Assembly (NCBI GenBank): GCA_963727625.1
Contig: CAVSHR010000006.1
Coordinates: 292,782-356,781, forward strand
Origin: an uncultured delta proteobacterium
Lineage (GTDB): Bacteria > Desulfobacterota > Binatia > UBA9968
DNA length: 64,000 bases
Direction: 5' to 3'
Positions 1 through 13,969 of the stretch are shown in pieces. Both the position numbers and the translations under genes were made by a program. The first letter of the stretch is position 1, and every line of letters starts with the position of its first letter. The notes under the pieces are model-generated. The model made no database searches. It saw only the letters and a list, made by a program, of their open reading frames with translations, and had not been told where the DNA came from.

Positions 1-2195
<2,195 letters not shown>

Positions 2196-2235
2196 GTATA
2201 ACTCGCTCGTCCGATTTGCTTGAGAATTTTAAGTG

Positions 2236-2280
2236 TTCAAACGACTTGAACGTTTGGAACTATTTGAACGGTCTAAACCC
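2236..2280. repeat. Degenerate 9-bp tandem repeat in the gyrB-gyrA spacer
   Basis: ttcaaacga/cttgaacgt/ttggaacta/tttgaacgg/tctaaaccc. Confidence 0.55.
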
Positions 2281-2286
2281 TTTTCT

Positions 2287-4722
<2,436 letters not shown>

Positions 4723-4952
4723 CTAGCGCAATTTTGATATTTTTACTGTAAAGTTCCGGGGTTAGAAAGATTTACCAGCATCTTAAATCGTACCTGAAAC
4801 GGGGCCAAAAGTAAAGCGCCAACTGTTTCTCAAGTATTTGAAATTTATAGACAATTTTCCCCTTCTTGGGATTCCTGAGAAAACCGCGCGAAAAGCTGCT
4901 GTTTTTCCGCCAACAGTTGACAGCATAGGGCCTGTAAGCGAAAAGGAATGCC

Positions 4953-5660
4953 GTGCAAACTCTATCGGCGGCCTTTAAATATTTGACGATTTGGAGCTAC
5001 TTTGCCGCCGTTCAACCGGCTCTAGCAACCGTTGGCAAGGCAGCGGTTTTTTTTCCTTTGGTCGGATTGGCGGTCGGCTTGACGCTGGCGTTTTCTAACT
5101 ATCTTCTCGCGCCTTATCTTCATCCGGAAATTTTAAGCGTCTCCCTTGTGACCCTGTTAATCGCGGCCACCGGTGCTCGTCATCTCGAAGGATTACGACG
5201 CACGTTCGCCGCTAGCGCGGCCAAATCCACAAGCCAAGACGGCCGAGAAAATGACAGCTTGGGTTTTGCCGTACTCTTGGTGGTGATTCTTTTCAAGATC
5301 GCCGCCGCCGGCAGCATCGATGAAAAACTCGCGTTGAGCTTGTTACTCACGCCGCTTTTCGCGCGCTGGGGGTTGGTCATTTTTCTCTACGGCTACCAGA
5401 CCCGCTTCGACGAGACGCTCAGACTCATCGCCGCGCAGATTCGACTACGGCATTTACTGATCAGCACTTTGACAACTCTTGCTCTGGCGGTCTATTTTCT
5501 CGGCCGCAGAGGGCTCCGGATCGGCCTAGTGCTGTCGCTTTTTGCTCTGCTGACGCGCAGCCTGCTCCATCGACGCCATGGCGTTCTCACGCACGACCAC
5601 GTCGGCGCCATTGTCGAGCTTGGCGAAGCGCTCAGCTTGGTTCTGCTAGCTTCGCTCTGA
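4953..5660 (+). CDS. cobS: Adenosylcobinamide-GDP ribazoletransferase-like membrane protein (divergent)
   Basis: FFPLVGLAVG, TGARHLEGL and GVLTHDHVGAIVELGE align with CobS motifs; B12 gene context. Confidence 0.75.
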   Translation: MQTLSAAFKYLTIWSYFAAVQPALATVGKAAVFFPLVGLAVGLTLAFSNYLLAPYLHPEILSVSLVTLLIAATGARHLEGLRRTFAASAAKSTSQDGRENDSLGFAVLLVVILFKIAAAGSIDEKLALSLLLTPLFARWGLVIFLYGYQTRFDETLRLIAAQIRLRHLLISTLTTLALAVYFLGRRGLRIGLVLSLFALLTRSLLHRRHGVLTHDHVGAIVELGEALSLVLLASL

Positions 5661-5685
5661 ACCACAACCCCCGCGCTCTTTGGAC

Positions 5686-6561
5686 ATGGAACTATTCAAG
5701 CCCCTCTCTCCCGTTATTCCGGTATTTCTGTTGATCGGGTTGGGATTCGCTTTTGCCCACTGGAAAAAGATCAGCCTCACATCCGTAACCGAGATTATCG
5801 TTTACTTGGGCACGCCCTCCTTGGTGTTCGGGTCGCTTGCGAGCAAGCCGCTTTTTGCCGCCGATATCGCCGTATTGTTTTGCGGCATTTTCGTTATCTT
5901 CGCACTCGTCGGCTTGCTCGTGGGGGTGTATTTTTTTTGTTTTGGATTTGTCTCGCGCGGTTTCGCGCTTCCCTCACTGTTCATGAACGCTGGAAACATG
6001 GGCATTCCGCTGGCGTTGTTCGCATTCGGTCAAGCCGGTTTTCAGCGTGCAACGTTGATGTTCGTGATGCTCACATTTCTGCAATATTCGTTGGGCATTT
6101 ATATCTTGAACGGGCGCGGCAACTGGGCGGAAATATTTCGCCTGCCTTTGATTTATGCGGCGATGGCGGGGCTCGCGGTCAATCTCGCCCAGGTCAAGAT
6201 TCCCGAGCTGCTCATGCAACCAATCGTGATGCTCGGCCAAGCAACGATCCCGATCATGCTCATCAGTCTCGGTTACCGCCTGCATCAAGTGGAATCCCTG
6301 CAGTGGGGACATGCGGTGGGCGGCGCGCTGGTCCGCATTCTGGGAGGCTTTACCGCCGCCAATGTCGCGGTGCTTTTGATCGGCGCCCAGGGCGTCAACC
6401 GCCAGGTCTTGCTGCTTTACGGCGCCCTTCCCGCCGCCGTCATCAACTTCGTCTTGACCGAGAAGTATAAACAAGATCCGGCCTTGGCCGCGTCGATCGT
6501 CGTGATCAGCACATTTATCTCGGTTTTCACAACCCCGATCGTATTTTGGATTATCCTTTAA
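5686..6561 (+). CDS. AEC (auxin efflux carrier) family transporter
   Basis: Multi-TM protein with NAGNMGIPL, ATIPIMLISLG and LPAAVINFVL motifs. Confidence 0.88.
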   Translation: MELFKPLSPVIPVFLLIGLGFAFAHWKKISLTSVTEIIVYLGTPSLVFGSLASKPLFAADIAVLFCGIFVIFALVGLLVGVYFFCFGFVSRGFALPSLFMNAGNMGIPLALFAFGQAGFQRATLMFVMLTFLQYSLGIYILNGRGNWAEIFRLPLIYAAMAGLAVNLAQVKIPELLMQPIVMLGQATIPIMLISLGYRLHQVESLQWGHAVGGALVRILGGFTAANVAVLLIGAQGVNRQVLLLYGALPAAVINFVLTEKYKQDPALAASIVVISTFISVFTTPIVFWIIL

Positions 6562-6614
6562 ACCCGAAATTTTTCAGTCGAAACCAACGCATCGGCGCGC
6601 CGCCCGAGAAACTC

Positions 6615-6643
6615 TTGACAGCATACTTCGTCCGTTATAGTTT
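6615..6643 (+). promoter_or_regulatory. Sigma70-type promoter
   Basis: TTGACA (6615-6620), 17 bp, TAGTTT, just upstream of the riboswitch. Confidence 0.6.
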
Positions 6644-6654
6644 TCGCCTACATT

Positions 6655-6815
6655 AGTCCAAGGCTCTGGGATCAAAGGGAAGTCCGGTGCAAATCCGGCG
6701 CGGTCCCGCCACTGTGACGGCTACGAAAGCCGCAAGCAGCCACTGTCCTAAGCGTCGTTGAAGGATGGGAAGGCGCGGCGAGTAGAAAAAAGCCTAAGTC
6801 AGGAAACCTGCCCAG
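6655..6815 (+). promoter_or_regulatory. Cobalamin riboswitch (upstream of tonB)
   Basis: AAAGGGAAgtCCGGTGCAAATCCGGCGCGGTCCCGCCACTGT...GCCACTG...GGGAAGG...AGTCAGGAAACCTGCC (B12 box). Confidence 0.95.
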
Positions 6816-6896
6816 AGCGTAACGACCGGCCTCTCCGGAGAAGAGAGAAAGGTACCTTTACTTTCCCTTTGGGTTTGAGGCCGGCAGTATAAGGCT

Positions 6897-7658
6897 ATGC
6901 GATCGGCCGTATTTTTTATTCTATCGTTGGCGTTGCATATCGGCGCACTGCTCTACCCGCTTTCTTTTGCCGTGCCGGCGCGGGAACGATTGATCCCCGT
7001 GACGATTGTCGCCGCGGAACGAGCGCCGATCGGAGCGCTGGATGTTCTAAAGAGCGGCGCCGGGAAAGCTAGTGATAGTTTACAATCGGCCCCGCCGCGC
7101 CCGTTGGCGCAGCCAATTGCAAGAAGACTTTTCGATGATTTGCCGACGACGCCGGATCCCCCTTCCGAACTGGATGCCACAGCACCTAATGAAAGCCCGA
7201 TCGCGCTCGTCAGCGAAGTGTCACAGGCCGCGAAAATCAACAGCCGTACGGTCTTCGGTTCGGCGCCAAACGCCTTGGCTCGCTACGGCGGAAATGTCGG
7301 AGGCTCAACGCAGGGTGGCGGAAGGGGAGCGGGCTCGGGAAGCGGCCGCGGTAAAGCCGCGGGTGGCATCGTCCTTAGCCAAGCCCGATTGAACGAAACG
7401 CCGCGGCCGGTATATCCGGAAAGCGCCCGGCGCGAGGGCCTGGAAGGACGGGTTTTGCTAAGGGTCCTAGTCGACGATCGAGGTCGTGCGAAAACCGTAG
7501 AAATAAACACAAGCTCTGGAAATGAAGTGCTGGACCGCGCCGCCGCCGAAGCGATAAAGCGCTGGCGTTTTTACCCGGCGCGCTACGGCGATCGCGCGGT
7601 TGAAAGTTGGGTTAAGATTCCGATCGAGTTCGCGCTGGCAAATGCCAACGCGCGATAG
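6897..7658 (+). CDS. tonB: Energy transducer TonB
   Basis: N-terminal TM with SLALH, Pro/Gly-rich linker, C-terminal PVYPESARREGLEGRV...WRFYPA. Confidence 0.9.
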   Translation: MRSAVFFILSLALHIGALLYPLSFAVPARERLIPVTIVAAERAPIGALDVLKSGAGKASDSLQSAPPRPLAQPIARRLFDDLPTTPDPPSELDATAPNESPIALVSEVSQAAKINSRTVFGSAPNALARYGGNVGGSTQGGGRGAGSGSGRGKAAGGIVLSQARLNETPRPVYPESARREGLEGRVLLRVLVDDRGRAKTVEINTSSGNEVLDRAAAEAIKRWRFYPARYGDRAVESWVKIPIEFALANANAR

Positions 7659-7732
7659 TCATTCCAAGAAAGGAGGTTTACGAAGCAAGCAGCTATAATT
7701 AACCGCAGGCGGATATAAGGGAAAGGGGTGAC

Positions 7733-7811
7733 TCCGTAAAGGATAAAGGCAGAAGGCGAAAGGATGGAAAATGATTTCATCCTTTATCCCTTATTCTTCA
7801 TCCTTTCCGGA
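7733..7811. repeat. Heptamer-repeat hairpin (AAAGGAT-like x4 / ATCCTTT-like x4)
   Basis: aaaggat aaaggca gaaggcg aaaggat ... atccttt atccctt attcttc atccttt, closed by tccg/cgga. Confidence 0.8.
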
Positions 7812-7872
7812 AATTCCCCTGCTGCCCCGCAACTGTAAGAGCTACGAAAGCCGCAGAACACTGCCACTGCTC

Positions 7873-7945
7873 AAATTGATTTGCGAATTTGGGTTTTTGA
7901 ATTTGGCCTCAATCCAAAATCGGCAATCTGAAATCCAAAATCGAC
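7873..7945. repeat. Heptamer-repeat hairpin (AAATCCA-like)
   Basis: ttgattt gcgaatt tgggttt ttgaatt ... caatcca aaatcgg caatctg aaatcca aaatcga. Confidence 0.75.
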
Positions 7946-8040
7946 GGGTGGGAAGGCGCGGCAAGTAGGTTTGAAGCTCAAGCCAGGAGACCTATCCGGT
8001 CTGCGCCAACGACTCCCCTTTCGCGGGAAAAGGAGATTTT

Positions 8041-10113
8041 ATGCGGTTCGGTTTTGTCTTTTTGGTCTTAGTTCTGTTGGCGCCCGTCGAACTGCGCGGC
8101 GCCGAAACACCTGAAGTTACGTTTCCGACGGTTTTCGTAAATTCCACACGTCTGCGCGACGTCGAACAGCCGGAAACCCAGGTGCCCGGCAAGGTCATCG
8201 TTCTCACCGCCGATGACATCGAAAAATCGGGCGCCAAGACCGTTCAGGAAGTTCTGCAATACCAAACCGGCATCGTGCTCTACGATCCGATCGGCAACGA
8301 GTTTCAACAGACCATCGATTTGCGCGGCTTTAACGGCCAGCCGGTGACCTCCACCAGCGTATTCGTCGACGGCGTGCGCATCAACGAGCCCGATTTCAAC
8401 ACGATCAATTTCGATTTAGTTCCTGCCGAGGATATCGAGCGCATTGAGATCATGCCAGGCACGGCGACGGTCTTCGGCCGCAACGCCCTCGGCGGCGTAA
8501 TCAACATCACGACCAAACGCGGGCGACGCGACCGGCCGCATGTCGGAATCGATATCGGCAGCGGCAGCTACGCGCGGCAGAGGTATTCATTCACTACCGA
8601 CGGTCCTTTGCCGCTGGCGAATCTAGACTATTACTTCGGTGTGACGCGCGAGTTGAGCAATGGCTTCAGGGAGGAAAACGGCGACCGCATGGCCGGAGCG
8701 AGAATTACCCGGCTGGCGGCGAAACTTGGCTACCGCCTCGGCGACGCCACCGATGCGACGCTGTCGTATACCCATGTGCTGGATCATCTCAGCCAAGCCG
8801 GTTCGTTGCCGGCCAGCCGGCTCCGTATCGACCGCAACGACAATCTCACGCCCGGAGATGTTTCGGCGAGCAACCTCGATCTGGTTGTCCTGAACGTTCG
8901 GCAAAAACTGCCCGTCGGCTTTTCCCTCGCCTTAAACGGCTTCGTTCGTAATAATCAACAAAAGCTTTTTGTCAGAGGCGTGACCACCGAGTCGACGCTG
9001 CGCACCGATATTGTATCCGGCGGCACGACGGCTCAGCTAACCCATGAGGGAAATATCTTGCGCCGAAGAAACCTCGCCACCGCCGGTTTCGAGTTCAGCC
9101 GTAACCAATTCGACATCCAAAACTCCGGAGTTTTTTTTCCAGCCTTTTCATTCCTGTCACGCCAAGCCACGGCAGACAATGTTCTGGGCGCTTACCTCAC
9201 CGATAATTTTAATCTCTTCGAATCGTTGGTGCTCAATGCCGGCTTTCGCTACGATTGGGATAGCCTCGATTTCACCGACAAGCTCGATTCGAGTTTGGAT
9301 GGCAAAATCAAGTTCAGCCGTTTCAGTCCTAAAGCGGGCCTGGTCTATTCTCCGGTCAAGAATTGGCAAGCCTCCTTCAGCTATTCCGAAGGGATTCGCA
9401 TCCCGACGGTAACCGAAATATTTGCCCAAGGCCCCTTCGGCTCGAACCCCGATCTGGTGCCTATGAAAAGCCGCAACTTCGAACTCGGCGTCAAAGGGCG
9501 ACCGACCGACTGGCTAGAAGCTTCGCTGGCGGTTTTTTACATGCCGGTGCGCGACGAGATCTTTTTTATCGCTACCAATCCGCTCGACCCCTTTTCGGGC
9601 CGCAACGAGAACATCGATAAGACTCTGCGCAGAGGCATCGAGCTCGCGCTCAACGCCCGCTACGACAAGTGGCTCGACGGTTTTATCAACTATACTTTTA
9701 CGAAGGCGACTTTCGACGGCGATTTCTTCGTGCCGGGAATCGATTTTCTCGATCCGCCGCGCTTGGTCAAAAAAGGCGACGAGCTGCCCCTGGTGCCGCG
9801 CCACCGGATCGGAGTGGGCATCAATACCAGGCCCTTAGCAGGGCTGAAGCTCTCGCTCTTCGGTAGCTACGTCGGCGAACAGTTTCAGCTGCGCGACGAG
9901 CCCAATCAGGCCAAGAAACTGGCGAGTTATTTTGTTTTGAACAGCCGGATCGCCTATCAATGGCGCGAATGGACCGCCCACGTCGAGCTCAACAATCTCA
10001 CCGACCGCAAGTATTCGACTTCGGGGATTCTCGTCGGCGCGCCTTTCAATGAGTCCTTCCGCGTTCCAGCGCCGGGATTTAATCTATTCGCGGGGTTGTC
10101 GTTTAAGTATTGA
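8041..10113 (+). CDS. btuB: TonB-dependent receptor, probable cobalamin transporter (BtuB-like)
   Basis: Signal peptide; plug motifs IDLRGF, VFVDGVRIN, IERIEIMPG, ALGGVINITTK; aromatic C-terminus; under a B12 riboswitch. Confidence 0.85.
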   Translation: MRFGFVFLVLVLLAPVELRGAETPEVTFPTVFVNSTRLRDVEQPETQVPGKVIVLTADDIEKSGAKTVQEVLQYQTGIVLYDPIGNEFQQTIDLRGFNGQPVTSTSVFVDGVRINEPDFNTINFDLVPAEDIERIEIMPGTATVFGRNALGGVINITTKRGRRDRPHVGIDIGSGSYARQRYSFTTDGPLPLANLDYYFGVTRELSNGFREENGDRMAGARITRLAAKLGYRLGDATDATLSYTHVLDHLSQAGSLPASRLRIDRNDNLTPGDVSASNLDLVVLNVRQKLPVGFSLALNGFVRNNQQKLFVRGVTTESTLRTDIVSGGTTAQLTHEGNILRRRNLATAGFEFSRNQFDIQNSGVFFPAFSFLSRQATADNVLGAYLTDNFNLFESLVLNAGFRYDWDSLDFTDKLDSSLDGKIKFSRFSPKAGLVYSPVKNWQASFSYSEGIRIPTVTEIFAQGPFGSNPDLVPMKSRNFELGVKGRPTDWLEASLAVFYMPVRDEIFFIATNPLDPFSGRNENIDKTLRRGIELALNARYDKWLDGFINYTFTKATFDGDFFVPGIDFLDPPRLVKKGDELPLVPRHRIGVGINTRPLAGLKLSLFGSYVGEQFQLRDEPNQAKKLASYFVLNSRIAYQWREWTAHVELNNLTDRKYSTSGILVGAPFNESFRVPAPGFNLFAGLSFKY

Positions 10114-10123
10114 GGGAAAGCCC

Positions 10124-11686
10124 ATGGCCAAAGCGATCATGGTGATGGGGACGGCGTCCGATGTCGGCAAGAGCGTCATCGCCGCGGGTCTGTGCCGTCT
10201 GCTTTACCGCAAGGGTATTCACGTCGCGCCATTCAAGGCGCAGAACATGTCGCTCAACTCCTTTGTTACCCTTGACGGCGGCGAGATGGGACGCGCCCAG
10301 GTGCTCCAGGCCGAGGCCTGCGGCCTCTCGCCTCACGTCGACATGAATCCGATCTTGCTCAAGCCTGAGAGCGACACCTGCTCGCAAGTCATCGTGCATG
10401 GAAAAGTTTGGGCCAAGCATGACGCGAGAAAGTATTTCGCGCGCCATGAGGAATTGGTAGGATTTATCGAAGCAAGTTACCGGCGGCTCGCACGCGCTCA
10501 TGAAGTGATAGTTATCGAAGGCGCCGGCAGTGCCGCGGAAGTCAATCTGCGCGATAAGGATCTGGTAAACTGGCCCGTGGCCGAGATGGCGAACGCGGAC
10601 GTGCTCCTGGTCGCTGACATCGACCGCGGCGGCGTGTTCGCCCAAGTGATCGGCACCTTGGACCTGCTCGGGCCGGCCGAGCGACGCCGTGTGGTTGGCG
10701 TCATCATCAATAAGTTCCGTGGCGATCGTTCATTATTCGCTGACGGCGTCGTCTTTCTGGAAAATCGCACGGGACTGCCAATCATCGGAGTGATCCCGTT
10801 CGACCGCGATCTAAGGCTCGATCAGGAAGACAGTTTGGAGATCGAGCGCTACCGCCACACGCCGTTTACCGCGAATACGGTGAACATCGCCGTCGTGTTA
10901 CTGCCGCATATGAGCAACTTCACCGACTTCAACGCGCTGGCGGCGGAACCGGATGTCGCACTGCGCTACGTCGCGGCGCCGTCGGAGCTGCGCGGGACCG
11001 ATGCGGTTATTTTACCGGGGAGCAAGAATACCATCGCGAATCTCGATGATTTGCTCGATCGGGGATTCGACGCGGCCCTCGACGATCATCTCAAAGCAGG
11101 CGGCGAGCTCGCCGGGATCTGCGCCGGCTTGCAAATGCTCGGACGCGCCATCGCCGATCCGCATGGCGTCGAGAGCGGCGGAGAACGGCGCGCCCTGGGT
11201 TTGCTTGATGTGATCACGGAGCTCGCCGAGACCAAGCACACCGCGCAGGTCGTGGCCCGCCCGATCAATGAATTCGTCTCAGGCGCTGGTAACGTCAGGG
11301 GCTACGAAATCCACATGGGACGAACTGAAAGAGGAGCCGATTCCCCTTGTTTTGAGATTCTCCAACGCACTGGCAGCACAAAAGAATTTGCTAACGTGGC
11401 CAATGAGCTTCTTGACGGGGCGGTTAGCGGCAACGGACTGGTCTGGGGCACTTATATCCACGGCGTTTTCGACAGTCCGGGTTTTCGTCGCCAATGGTTG
11501 AATCGGATTCGCGCGCGAAAGGTTCTCGAACCGCTCGCCGTCAGCGTGTCGGAAAGGGTCAGCGCGCGGCTCACGGCCACCATTGACCGTTGGGCGAATC
11601 ATCTCGAGCGCCACCTAAACATGACGCCGATTCTTTCCGGCATCGCCGCCGCGCATCCGTGTAGCGCCGCTGCGACTGATTTGTAA
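10124..11686 (+). CDS. cobQ: Cobyric acid synthase
   Basis: MAKAIMVMGTASDVGKS, PFKAQNMSLN, EGAGSAAEVNL, GICAGLQMLG, GYEIHMG, GTYIHGVFD; ATG 10124 follows a GAGG RBS. Confidence 0.96.
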   Translation: MAKAIMVMGTASDVGKSVIAAGLCRLLYRKGIHVAPFKAQNMSLNSFVTLDGGEMGRAQVLQAEACGLSPHVDMNPILLKPESDTCSQVIVHGKVWAKHDARKYFARHEELVGFIEASYRRLARAHEVIVIEGAGSAAEVNLRDKDLVNWPVAEMANADVLLVADIDRGGVFAQVIGTLDLLGPAERRRVVGVIINKFRGDRSLFADGVVFLENRTGLPIIGVIPFDRDLRLDQEDSLEIERYRHTPFTANTVNIAVVLLPHMSNFTDFNALAAEPDVALRYVAAPSELRGTDAVILPGSKNTIANLDDLLDRGFDAALDDHLKAGGELAGICAGLQMLGRAIADPHGVESGGERRALGLLDVITELAETKHTAQVVARPINEFVSGAGNVRGYEIHMGRTERGADSPCFEILQRTGSTKEFANVANELLDGAVSGNGLVWGTYIHGVFDSPGFRRQWLNRIRARKVLEPLAVSVSERVSARLTATIDRWANHLERHLNMTPILSGIAAAHPCSAAATDL

Positions 11687-11733
11687 GAAAATTGGAAACC
11701 TGGTAATTAACAAACCCACTAACGGAGGTCCTT

Positions 11734-12249
11734 ATGAAACCACGCGCCGTACTGTTACTCGCAATTATTTTTGGAGCGGTCGCTTTACGCCTCTTGCCCC
11801 ACCCCTCGAATTTTACGCCCATCGGCGCTCTGGCTTTGTTCGCCGGGGCCCATTTCGACGATAAACGCCGGGCTTTCGTCCTGCCGCTGGCGGCGATGCT
11901 GTTAAGCGATCTCTTGATCGGATTCCACGGCCAGATGCCGATTATTTACGGCGCCTTTGCAGTCATCGTCGGCATGGGCTTTCTGCTGCGTGAAAAAAGG
12001 ACCGCGCCGCGCGTCGCTGCGGCATCGGTCGGCGCGGCGACATTCTTCTTTTTCGTATCTAATTTTGCCGTGTGGGCGTTTGACGGGCTCTATCCGATGA
12101 CCATCCAGGGCTTGGTCACCTGCTACATCGCCGCCATTCCGTTTTTTCAGAACTGGCTGCTCGGCACGCTCTTTTTCGCCGCGGTACTTTTCGGCGGCTT
12201 CTCCCTCGCTGAAAGAAAGATTTCCGTTCTCGCTCCGGCTCGCGCGTGA
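11734..12249 (+). CDS. DUF6580-like putative transport membrane protein
   Basis: RLLPHPSNFTPIGALALFAGA and SNFAVW...CYIAAIPFF motifs; last gene of the B12 operon. Confidence 0.75.
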   Translation: MKPRAVLLLAIIFGAVALRLLPHPSNFTPIGALALFAGAHFDDKRRAFVLPLAAMLLSDLLIGFHGQMPIIYGAFAVIVGMGFLLREKRTAPRVAAASVGAATFFFFVSNFAVWAFDGLYPMTIQGLVTCYIAAIPFFQNWLLGTLFFAAVLFGGFSLAERKISVLAPARA

Positions 12250-12283
12250 CGCTTTAATCTCTCAATTCGTCGTCGAATCAGCT

Positions 12284-12318
12284 GAATCGCTGAGTGGCTA
12301 AATGCTGCTCAGCGATTC
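12284..12318. terminator. Inverted repeat between convergent genes
   Basis: gaatcgctgag / ctcagcgattc, a perfect 11-bp stem. Confidence 0.5.
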
Positions 12319-13460
12319 GCTTTTCTATACCCCAGCGCATCCTGGGCGATGATCATCTTCTGCACGTTCGAAGAGCCCTCGACGATCTGGTAGGACTTCG
12401 CGTCGCGGTAGTAGCGTTCGACTGGAAATTCGGTGGAGTAACCATAGGCGCCGAGAATTTTCATCGCCGCATCGGCGGCGTAATTGGCGGCCTCGGCGGC
12501 GGCGTATTTGCCGATCGAGGTTTCCAGGTTGTTCGGCTTTTTTTGGTCGGCCAACCAAGCGGCGCGATAGACGAGCAGCCGCGCCGCTTCTTCGTGCGCG
12601 ATCATTTGTGCGATCAAATCCTGGTTCATCTGAAACTCGCCGATCTTCTGGCCGAACTGGACTCTTTGGTTGCAGTAACTCACTGCCGCGTCCTTGGCCG
12701 CGCGCGCTACTCCCAGTGCACCGGCGGCACAATTGAGACGCGTTTGATTGAGTTGCCACATGCAGATCTTGAAACCGTCGCCTTCGTTGCCGAGCCGGTT
12801 CGCAGCCGGAATGCGAAAATTGTCGAAGGTCAGTTCGCCAAGCGGAGAGCAATGAGCGCCTAGAGTTTCCAGTGTCTTGCGGGTTAATCCGGGTGAGTTC
12901 CAATCAGTATAAAAAGCCGTCATGCCGCGATGTTTCTGCGAGCGATCGGTATAGGCATAAACCAAGCCGCCGGTGGTCACCGGCCCGTTGGAAATCCAGA
13001 GCTTGCTGCCGTTGAGCAAGTAGGTGTCGCCGTCTTTGGTTGCGGTGGTGCGAAGCGCCGCGACATCTGATCCAGCATCAGCCTCGGTGATCGCGAAGCA
13101 GCCGATGGTTTCGCCGGACACCAGCCCTGGAATAAATTTCTTCTTCTGCTCCTCCGTGCCGAATTGAAACAGCGTCAAAGCCGGACCGATCTGCATGTTG
13201 ATCGCCACGCGCATGGCGCTGTGCACCCGGGCGATTTCTTCGGTGATCAGCACCATGGCGAGAAACCCGAGACCGTTGCCGTCGTAGGTTTCTGGAATCA
13301 TCGTGCCGTAGAAACCTAATTCGCCCATTTTTCTGACGAGATCGCCGCGAAAAGTTTTTTCCTTGTCATCCTTGGCCGCCGTGGGCGCGATCTCCTTCTC
13401 GGCAAACTCCCGCGCCAGATCGCGCACCGCAACTAACTCTTCCGATAGTTCAAAATCCAT
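12309..13460 (-). CDS. Acyl-CoA dehydrogenase
   Basis: GCFAITEADAGSD, LNGSKLWISNG, RVQFGQKIGEFQ, GAYGYSTEFPVERYYRDAK, IVEGSSNVQ. Confidence 0.95.
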   Translation of the reverse strand: MDFELSEELVAVRDLAREFAEKEIAPTAAKDDKEKTFRGDLVRKMGELGFYGTMIPETYDGNGLGFLAMVLITEEIARVHSAMRVAINMQIGPALTLFQFGTEEQKKKFIPGLVSGETIGCFAITEADAGSDVAALRTTATKDGDTYLLNGSKLWISNGPVTTGGLVYAYTDRSQKHRGMTAFYTDWNSPGLTRKTLETLGAHCSPLGELTFDNFRIPAANRLGNEGDGFKICMWQLNQTRLNCAAGALGVARAAKDAAVSYCNQRVQFGQKIGEFQMNQDLIAQMIAHEEAARLLVYRAAWLADQKKPNNLETSIGKYAAAEAANYAADAAMKILGAYGYSTEFPVERYYRDAKSYQIVEGSSNVQKMIIAQDALGYRKANR

Positions 13461-13539
13461 TCGTCCTCCTTGGGAAAGCGAGGGCAGACGAAAAAATTCC
13501 AGCTCATGCCGTCCGCCTCGCGCCTAGTATCTTCCGTAG

Positions 13540-13880
13540 TTTCCGCCCTATGACCAACTTTTAAATTCCCGATATGACTTCGTGAATCGGCAGCACGCCG
13601 ACATCGCGGTAAAGCTGCTCCAAGAAGCTGCCCGGCAAGCGTGGTTGTATCGCTGCCGAGCGCCTCCAGCGCAAACATCGTACCCGCCGGCGTGTCGCCG
13701 CGCCAACTCTTCACACAAGTTGCACCGACTGCGCGCTTGGATGGTCGGGTGAGCGCGTAAAGTTCTTCGGGCACCCTATGCTTGAGAAATCCGCCGGCAC
13801 CAAGCTCACGCACCCATCCTACGACACTTAGATCCAAAACGAAGTCCCGTCAACGAAGCAAAACAAACTTTACCTCGAGC
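13540..13880 (-). pseudogene. Eroded NAD-dependent epimerase/Rossmann-fold gene remnant
   Basis: VRELGAGG..ELYALTRPSKR..WRGD..LEALGSDTTTLAG resembles an extended-SDR N-terminus; broken start, no C-terminal half. Confidence 0.4.
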
Positions 13881-13969
13881 CAATTACGCGTGGTCGGACA
13901 AAAGAAGTCGATCCGGGTCAAAGAACAATAAAACGCGAACTATATACCGGGATTCTGGATTCGCTACCC

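Larger units (their letters stand above)
7703..7998 (+). promoter_or_regulatory. Cobalamin riboswitch with two hairpin insertions (upstream of the BtuB-like receptor)
   Basis: AAGGGAAAGGGGTG[insert]AATTCCCCTGCTGCCCCGCAACTGT...GCCACTG[insert]GGGAAGG...AGCCAGGAGACCT. TATAAT at 7694. A downstream hairpin (8012-8036) covers the AGGAG RBS. Confidence 0.85.

Noticed and set aside
10049-10123. N-terminal extension of CobQ; likewise the long starts at 27866, 28501, 35438, 38098, 43309, 53132 and 56755
   Set aside because: They overlap neighbouring genes or lack homology; downstream starts have RBS and motif support
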